This document shows positions 60,968-63,878 of a stretch of 63,878 nt of DNA, piece by piece. The DNA comes from Octopus bimaculoides (lineage: Eukaryota). Each line of letters starts with the position of its first letter. Within the stretch, counting starts at the first letter, position 1. Position numbers and translations under genes: made by a program. The stretch covers positions 16,651,168-16,715,045 of the forward strand of contig NC_068991.1 of assembly GCF_001194135.2 (NCBI RefSeq). Reading direction: 5' to 3'. The notes beneath the pieces are model-generated. The model searched no databases and was not told where the DNA came from. It worked only from the letters and a program-made list of their open reading frames with translations.

Positions 60968-61255
60968 ATGTTGGGACACTGCTCTGAAGAATTTTAGTCA
61001 AACAAATCAACCCCAGTACTTATTTCTATCTAAACCCTGGTATTTATTCTATCAGTCTCTTTTGCCAAACCACTAACACACACACACACACATGTATATA
61101 TGATGGGCTTCTTTCAGTTTCCATCTACCAACTCCACTCACAAGGCTTTTGTCAGCCCAAGGCTATAGTAGAAGATACCTGTCCAAAGTGCCACGCAGTG
61201 GGACTGAACCCAGGACCATGTGGTTGGAAAGCTAACTTCTTAACACACACCCATG
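60960..61255 (-). mobile_element. SINE family B
   Basis: Reverse complement of tail, (CA)n spacer and head. Confidence 0.8.
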
Positions 61256-61545
61256 CATGTACATATGTAAATAGAGATGGATGGATGGGTGGATGGATAC
61301 AGTACAAACATAAAAACCAAGATAAGGTAAAAAAAACAAACAGGAAAATTGGAAGAAGTCTTTAACATTTTGATCATACATTCATCAATGGAAAAGAGAA
61401 ATGAAGAGAGAAATATATTATATAAATAATTTGTGTGTGTTTGTGTGTGTGTGTGTGAGTGTGCGCGTACATGCATGCATGTGTGCATGTGCGTGTATTT
61501 CATTTAGTTTACATCCATTTTTTCCCTTACTAGCCTAGCTAAGAC

Positions 61546-61865
61546 CAGTGGGTCTCAACCAGTTTCTTATCTGTGGACCCCTTTAATTACCATTTTATTC
61601 TGGTGGACACCCATAGCCATTCAATGTTTAAAAAACTAGTTTTATAGATAATTCTTTCAAAATTCTTTGATTTTTTCACACATTAACTTGTGTAGGTTGA
61701 ACTATGTAAAACATTAGAGAAAGAAACCAAGCTGTTTCTTGCAATAAATACATGTACATCATATCAAATTTTTTCATGCACTTTTAAAATACAACCATGG
61801 ATCCCCAGTTTTCTATTTTGCTAAAGGTCTTATATGGACCTCCCGGGTTCATATAGACCCCAGTG
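61546..61865. mobile_element. hAT (Charlie-like) MITE, right end degenerate
   Basis: Left TIR CAGTGGGTCTCAACC and internal GGACCCC/GGATCCCC motifs as in 7108-7404; no clear right TIR or TSD. Confidence 0.55.
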
Positions 61866-62149
61866 AGTTTGATGAATAATTACTGAGGCACTGTTTTACA
61901 GCTGAATAATCCTATTTGTCGCTAAACCTTACTTGCCTCTTGAGTAAAGATCTTTTTTTCTTTTACCCCACTTGTCTTTGAAAGTAAAGAGCTAGAAGAC
62001 AATTTGTTAGCAGGATATGACTGAGTAAGTGTATAGCAGAAAGAGAGGTGGCTTTGTGCCAAATGTTGAGAGATTAAAGTATGATAAAAGGGACAGGAAG
62101 AGGTTATTCGCTACAGAGAAGACAGCTTGCATTATATAAGAGATGATAA

Positions 62150-62372
62150 GGTGGCAAACTGGCAGAGAATCACTAGCACTCTGAGTGAAAATGCTTAGCA
62201 GAGTTTGATCTGTTTTTATGTTCTGAGCTCAAATTCTGCCGAGGTTGATTTTGCTTTTCATCCTTTTGGTGGGGGTGTATGAAATTAGTACTAGTTGAGT
62301 ACTGGGGTCCATGTAATCAACTTATCCCTTCTCCCAAAATTGCTGGCCTTGTGCCAAAATTTGAAACCATTA
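62150..62372 (+). mobile_element. tRNA-derived SINE, family A
   Basis: GGTGGCAAACTGGCAGAG...GAGCTCAAATTCTGCCGAGGTTG...GGCCTTGTGCCAAAATTTGAAACC. Confidence 0.75.
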
Positions 62373-62755
62373 TATATATGGGATGATAGGAGTGATTGGA
62401 GGTGGAGCTGGAAAAAGAGATAAAGAAGATGGTAATGAGGTGTTAAAATGTGCCCACAGAGTACAATGTGATAGACAGAACAAAGTACGAGACCAGAAGA
62501 TCAGGCAGGGTAGGAGAGTAGAGGTTGCAAGAGTATGAGGGGAGAGTGAGAGGTAGTTAGTGATGGGGATACAGATGAATATAGTGAATGGTAAAAAAGG
62601 GTGGGAAGGTGGTCAATGGAAAATATGAGTTGGAGGGCAAGTAGGAGGAAAGAGGTTGCATTGGGTCCATACACTGAAATCCCGACAGTCAATCTCCTTC
62701 CCTAGGTACAATCACAACAGACACTGTCACCTGACCTATATATATATATATATAT

Positions 62756-62950
62756 CTTCGAAACGTCTAGTTAGAATAGAGGCAGCTGACGAAGGATTAA
62801 TTCCAAGTGGCTATCTGTTTTCCTATGTGTTCGTTCCGTTGTCTGTAGTTCATTGTTCTAACGTCCTGTACCCTGATATGCATCTATATACACATGTAGA
62901 TGTAAGTATGTACATATATGTGTGTATACATGCATATATATTCTTTGTAT
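62756..62950 (+). mobile_element. Penelope-like pseudo-LTR fragment (young copy)
   Basis: (TA)n-CTTCGAAACGTCTAG...GCAGCTGACGAAGG...; near-identical inverted copy at 34805-34996. Confidence 0.65.
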
Positions 62951-63462
62951 TACATATATATATGTATATACACTGGCTGTAATGACTACAGCAGGATGCT
63001 GAGTGGTTGAGAAGCTTGATTCCTAAGTATGAAGTTTCAGTTCCATTGCACTGCACCTTGGGGCAAGTGCCTTCTACTATAGTTCCGGGTTGACCAAAAC
63101 TGTGTGAGTCAACTTGGAAATTGAAAGGAAACTGACAGAAGCCCAATGTATGAATTTGTTGAGGTGTATTTTCTACTGCCAGAGGCCGTTCCTGTTGACA
63201 ACCCTCACCTGATTCCAAGCAAGATTATATCTCTCAATGACCAGTCTATGTTTCCACAGAATATTGGAAACAAAGGTCACCACCTGCTTAATCAGGGCTG
63301 TGGAGTCAGAGTCAGGGGTGCCAATAGTAGAGGAGTCAGAGTCGAAGTTTTTTGTGCATGATGGTGACACTTGTTTACACCTATCATGCAAAGTCAAGGT
63401 AAGGAGACAGTAATGTATACCCACACACACACACAAACATATATATATATATATAGAGAGAG

Positions 63463-63519
<57 letters not shown>

Positions 63520-63539
63520 TGTATATCTATCTATCTATC

Positions 63540-63810
63540 TATCTAACATAAATTAATAACAGAACACAAAGGATATCACGGTACACATGTTTCAAGCTTT
63601 ATAAACAATCTGTTATTACATCAGCAGATTGTTTATAAAGCTTGAAACACGTGTACCACGATATCCTTTGTGTTCTGTTTTCAATTTATGTTTGATATAT
63701 TCTCTCACCTCTGCCACTATCTGGCATATACAGGTGCTTAAACTTATCAAGTATTACCTCTAAACTTACAGTATCTATGTGATTCACGTTGTCTTTCAAA
63801 TATATATATA
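63540..63810 (+). mobile_element. Palindromic element, probably a PLE pseudo-LTR with inverted 5' duplication
   Basis: Arms 63540-63612 and 63625-63697; right arm carries GAAAC-ACGT-GTA (hammerhead 3' half) and continues as unique sequence to (TA)n. Confidence 0.6.
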
Positions 63811-63818
63811 TATGCATC

Positions 63819-63872
<54 letters not shown>

Positions 63873-63878
63873 CATATA

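Overview
AT-rich, repeat-saturated eukaryotic scaffold with 12 N-gaps (largest about 19481-20018, 23887-24286, 35004-35451 and 55389-56179). The SINE, LINE and microsatellite content resembles an octopod cephalopod (Octopus sp.); this is inferred, not tested. I recognise no host protein-coding gene. Almost all supplied ORFs are microsatellite, low-complexity or N-run artefacts, and only a few unsupported micro-exon candidates remain. The window is a layered record of transposon insertions. Retroelements: a decayed Gypsy element with its 3' LTR and two nested insertions, RTE, RTE-X and CR1 LINE fragments (one RTE RT carries a C4HC3 PHD-like insert), at least four tRNA-derived SINE families, and Penelope-like fragments at (TA)n tracts, two with minimal hammerhead-ribozyme folds. 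DNA elements: a mariner transposase remnant and hAT, mariner and TTAA-flanked MITEs. The most unusual item is a pair of 245-273 bp TIR elements with exact 8-bp TSDs and GG-type termini (Merlin-like) whose interior is head-to-head telomeric repeat, (TTAGGG)n-core-(CCCTAA)n. Boundaries of degenerate repeats are approximate.
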